From Candidatus Pacearchaeota archaeon (lineage in GTDB: Archaea; Nanobdellota; Nanobdellia; Pacearchaeales; GW2011-AR1), in contig VGKP01000015.1 in NCBI GenBank assembly GCA_016866975.1, forward strand, positions 1 through 17,078: a DNA stretch of 17,078 nt, written 5' to 3'. This document shows positions 14,325-17,078 of this stretch, one piece after another (position 1 is the first letter of the stretch; each line of letters begins with the position of its first letter). The notes below the pieces were generated by a model. That model was given only the letters and a program-made list of their open reading frames with translations, did no database searches and was not told where the DNA came from. The translations under genes were made by a program, and so were the position numbers.

Positions 14325-15491
14325 TTATTTCTTAAGGAACTCGATTTCTTCTTCTGACAATTTAAGCTGCTTTTGTATCTCCGCCTGTTGCAGAACAGGC
14401 TTAAGTAATATAAAATCCCTCATCGCTCTTTTAGATGAACAGTGGACAAGGCGTGCAAACTTTTTTGAGATAGATTTCTTTCTCTCCAATTTTTGATTGT
14501 TCATCCAAATCTTAAGAACGCGCTTTGGAGGCTCGTATTTAGTAAATCCTGTGAGAGGAGATGATTTTGAATATGAAATGCCTGCGCTCTGGAAGATATT
14601 TTGGTAGACAAGGAAGCGCCATGACTGGTTTCTGTATATCCTGCCCCTAAATACGTCTGCTTTCCCGAGGGCATCATAAGCTTTTGCAAGTGCGAGATTC
14701 TTGTATTCTTTTGGAATGTTCTCCTCAAGCCAGAGAAGTATCTCGTCAAGAGACATCTTTGTTGAATCATATAAGTCGAGGAAGTCTCTTCTCTCCTTGA
14801 AGACTTTCCTTAGAATGTTGAATATGGTATCCTCGACATCTCTTTTCTCAGATAAATCAATGGAGATAGGTTCATATGCATAAGACTGCAAGTCGTTCAA
14901 AGCAGCCCTTAGATCTCCCTGTGATTTTATAGCCAACTGAGTGAAGAACATGGGCTCTCTGCGGATGCCTTCCTTGTCTGCAACATTCTTCAATATAATT
15001 GAGATAGTACTGGCAGGCAGAGCTTTCATCTCCACTAGCTTGCACTGAGACCTGAGTGTAGAAAATTTTGACTGCCAGATATCATTGCAGGTCATCAAGA
15101 TTGGATATTTTGTCGTCTCGATAATTCTAAGAAGCTCTGGAATACCTCCGATATCTGTGCCAGTAACGCCATCAACCTCGTCCATAAGGAGTATCTTTCC
15201 TTTCTTGAATAAGCTCTGCTGCAATGTGGCAGGCTTCAGAACTTCTTCTAGTTTTGCACGGTTGCGCAAGTCAGACGCATTGAGCTCAAGTATCTCTAAC
15301 CCGTTCTCTTTTGCGACTGCGATAGCAAGAGATGTCTTTCCTGTCCCTGCAGGACCATATAGGATGGCTGCCTTTCTTTTTGGAAATTCTTTTATAAAAG
15401 TTTTTATCTCATCAACTGCCTTATCCTGGCCAATTAAATCTGAATATCTCTCTATCCTGTATTTCTCTGCAAGATTTTCATTATCGTTCAT
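14325..15491 (-). CDS. rfcL: Replication factor C large subunit
   Basis: EKYR, GPAGTGKT, ELNASDLR, LLMDEVDG, LRSQC and GDLRAALNDLQ. SD GGAGG upstream. Confidence 0.95.
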   Translation of the reverse strand: MNDNENLAEKYRIERYSDLIGQDKAVDEIKTFIKEFPKRKAAILYGPAGTGKTSLAIAVAKENGLEILELNASDLRNRAKLEEVLKPATLQQSLFKKGKILLMDEVDGVTGTDIGGIPELLRIIETTKYPILMTCNDIWQSKFSTLRSQCKLVEMKALPASTISIILKNVADKEGIRREPMFFTQLAIKSQGDLRAALNDLQSYAYEPISIDLSEKRDVEDTIFNILRKVFKERRDFLDLYDSTKMSLDEILLWLEENIPKEYKNLALAKAYDALGKADVFRGRIYRNQSWRFLVYQNIFQSAGISYSKSSPLTGFTKYEPPKRVLKIWMNNQKLERKKSISKKFARLVHCSSKRAMRDFILLKPVLQQAEIQKQLKLSEEEIEFLKK

Positions 15492-15550
15492 CCCTTTTTC
15501 CTCCTAACGGTTATAAAGAACAAAGATATAAGCATTGTGGTGCAAGAATA

Positions 15551-15558
15551 CTTATATA
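15551..15558 (+). promoter_or_regulatory. TATA box of orphan gene between rfcS and rfcL
   Basis: CTTATATA ending 22 nt before ATG 15580. Confidence 0.5.
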
Positions 15559-15579
15559 GTAATTAGGAGTACTTTCCAT

Positions 15580-15954
15580 ATGGATAAAGGAACTCGTGAC
15601 AAAATAATTGACCTACGGCGTGACCTTTCCACTGTCCTTAACCAGCTTATTGTCGTCGAACTTAATAATGAATCTCGACTTTATGTTGACAACTTTAATC
15701 CTGATATAAATTCTTTTATTGTGGGTTCAATTAAAAACCCTCCAAATCAGACGAAAGCTCAACGCAACTTAGGTCCTCTTCGTAGTGTAAGGTCTCTTGC
15801 AGGATATCTTATAGAATATACTATAAGTGCGCCTTATCCATTGGAGCATGATAGACTTATCATCTCTCCCAGCCCTCCTCTTGAAAATGAACCTACTCAT
15901 ATTGGATGCATTCATATTCCTTATGGATATGTAAAGCAGTGCAAAAAAGCATAA
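15580..15954 (+). CDS. Hypothetical protein (124 aa)
   Basis: Open frame filling the rfcL-rfcS gap on the opposite strand, with its own TATA at the standard spacing. No recognised motif. Confidence 0.7.
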   Translation: MDKGTRDKIIDLRRDLSTVLNQLIVVELNNESRLYVDNFNPDINSFIVGSIKNPPNQTKAQRNLGPLRSVRSLAGYLIEYTISAPYPLEHDRLIISPSPPLENEPTHIGCIHIPYGYVKQCKKA

Positions 15955-15959
15955 AAATA

Positions 15960-16928
15960 TTACGTGCTCTTTCCCTGACCTGCCAAAACAAATGATGCAA
16001 GAAGAGCCTGCAACTGGACGAACTCGTCGCTGCCCTCAGTCATCCTGAACTCAATCTCTCCTGTCTTCTCAGTAATTCTTACCTTCACTTCTGGTTCTAT
16101 TTGCAGATTCCAGACTTCTTTCTGAATCATCCTTATCACATCAGTGCCTGATATGCTCTCTTTAAGCATCACCTCAAGCAATTTGTCCCTTGCCGTAACA
16201 TAATCTCCTGAAAGCGCATAATCCAAAACGACGCGGATGCCTTTTGGCTTCGCCGATGCGGCAATCATGTTAATCATCTCTGAATTAATATCCATTGCTA
16301 TAGATGCAGTCGCCTGCAATAAATTTATCGCTCGCCTGCAGTCGCCTTCACTCGACTCGTACAATGTCTGGAACACATCCTCTGAAAGAGTAAGTTTCTC
16401 CTTCTCTGATATTCTCTTGATGACTTCAGAAACGTCTTTTTTCTCAAGTAACTTGAAGCGGAATACGACGCAACGAGATTGAATTGGATCAATTATATTA
16501 CTTGAGTAATTGCAAGAAAGAATAAATCTGCAAGTATTTGTGTAATTTTCCATTGTTCTTCTCAGAGCTTGCTGTGCTTCTCTTGTCAGAGCGTCGGCCT
16601 CATCTAAGAATATTACCTTGAAGGGTACATTCTCCAGAGCTTTTGTCCTTGCGAAGTCCTTGACTTTCTGCCTTACGACATCTATTCCTCTTTCATCACT
16701 CGCGTTTAATTCCAGATAATTTTCCCTCCAAGCATCCCCAAAAAGTTCCTTGACTATTATAAGTGCGAGAGTAGATTTTCCCGTGCCTGCAGGCCCTGCA
16801 AAAAGTAGATGAGGTATATTCAATGCCTGTACGAGGGACTTAACTCTTTTCAGAATCTCTTGCTGGCCAACTACTTCCTCAAACTTTGAGGGTCTATATT
16901 TCTCTGTCCAGATATCACTCTGTCCCAT
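15960..16928 (-). CDS. rfcS: Replication factor C small subunit (no intein)
   Basis: WTEKYRP, GPAGTGKS, ELNASDERG, FLDEAD and IQSRC. SD GGAGGT at 16943-16938. Confidence 0.97.
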   Translation of the reverse strand: MGQSDIWTEKYRPSKFEEVVGQQEILKRVKSLVQALNIPHLLFAGPAGTGKSTLALIIVKELFGDAWRENYLELNASDERGIDVVRQKVKDFARTKALENVPFKVIFLDEADALTREAQQALRRTMENYTNTCRFILSCNYSSNIIDPIQSRCVVFRFKLLEKKDVSEVIKRISEKEKLTLSEDVFQTLYESSEGDCRRAINLLQATASIAMDINSEMINMIAASAKPKGIRVVLDYALSGDYVTARDKLLEVMLKESISGTDVIRMIQKEVWNLQIEPEVKVRITEKTGEIEFRMTEGSDEFVQLQALLASFVLAGQGKST

Positions 16929-16951
16929 GTGAAGACAACCTCCGGTTTTCT

Positions 16952-17078
16952 CTCAACACTTTCCCTTCAACACCCAGCATCCGACTCAACACTTTCCCTT
17001 CAACACCCAGCATCCGACTCAACACTTTCCCTTCAACACCCAGCATCCGACTCAACACTTTCCCTTCAACACCCAGCA
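16952..17078. repeat. Perfect 33-bp tandem repeat, 3 full units + 28 nt, cut by window end
   Basis: Unit ctcaacactttcccttcaacacccagcatccga at 16952, 16985, 17018 and 17051 (partial), with no spacers. Confidence 0.98.

Noticed and set aside
71-16482. Numerous short overlapping ORFs in the track (e.g. 608-1009, 5027-5716, 8623-9024, 15085-15507)
   Set aside because: Antisense or alternate-frame shadows of well-supported genes with no motifs of their own.
16952-17078. CRISPR array or G-quadruplex
   Set aside because: Units are contiguous with no unique spacers and no cas genes. GGG tracts on the minus strand are separated by 7- and 20-nt loops, poor for a stable quadruplex.

Overview
Archaeal chromosomal fragment, most likely DPANN (Pacearchaeota/Woesearchaeota-like; this assignment is an inference from gene content and style). 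Core genes are rpl7ae-rps28e-rpl24e, rfcS, rfcL, a single-OB-fold SSB and a HerA-like ATPase. Accessory genes are a double-hotdog MaoC-like protein, an alpha/beta hydrolase, DsbA, a CxxC-x17-CxxC protein, a DUF333 protein, a bacterial-style MnSOD, a 1160-aa beta-helix surface protein, a SAM methyltransferase, a NUDIX hydrolase and several orphans. Nine genes have a TATA box ending 21-23 nt before the proposed start, consistent with leaderless transcripts. The most unusual signal is a ~110-120 bp non-coding double-hairpin element present three times (1-96, ~4925-5032, ~13282-13401). Its second hairpin keeps the same fold with compensatory or fully replaced stems. The 13.3 kb copy sits inside the methyltransferase gene, whose missing 37-codon N-terminus (13171-13281) is in frame with the rest. 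Also notable: a structured ~88-nt rpl7ae leader with a box C/D-like kink-turn alternative fold, a lycopene-cyclase-domain membrane gene with two in-frame stops but no frameshift, and a perfect 33-bp tandem array just upstream of rfcS. No tRNA, rRNA, CRISPR array or transposase was recognised.
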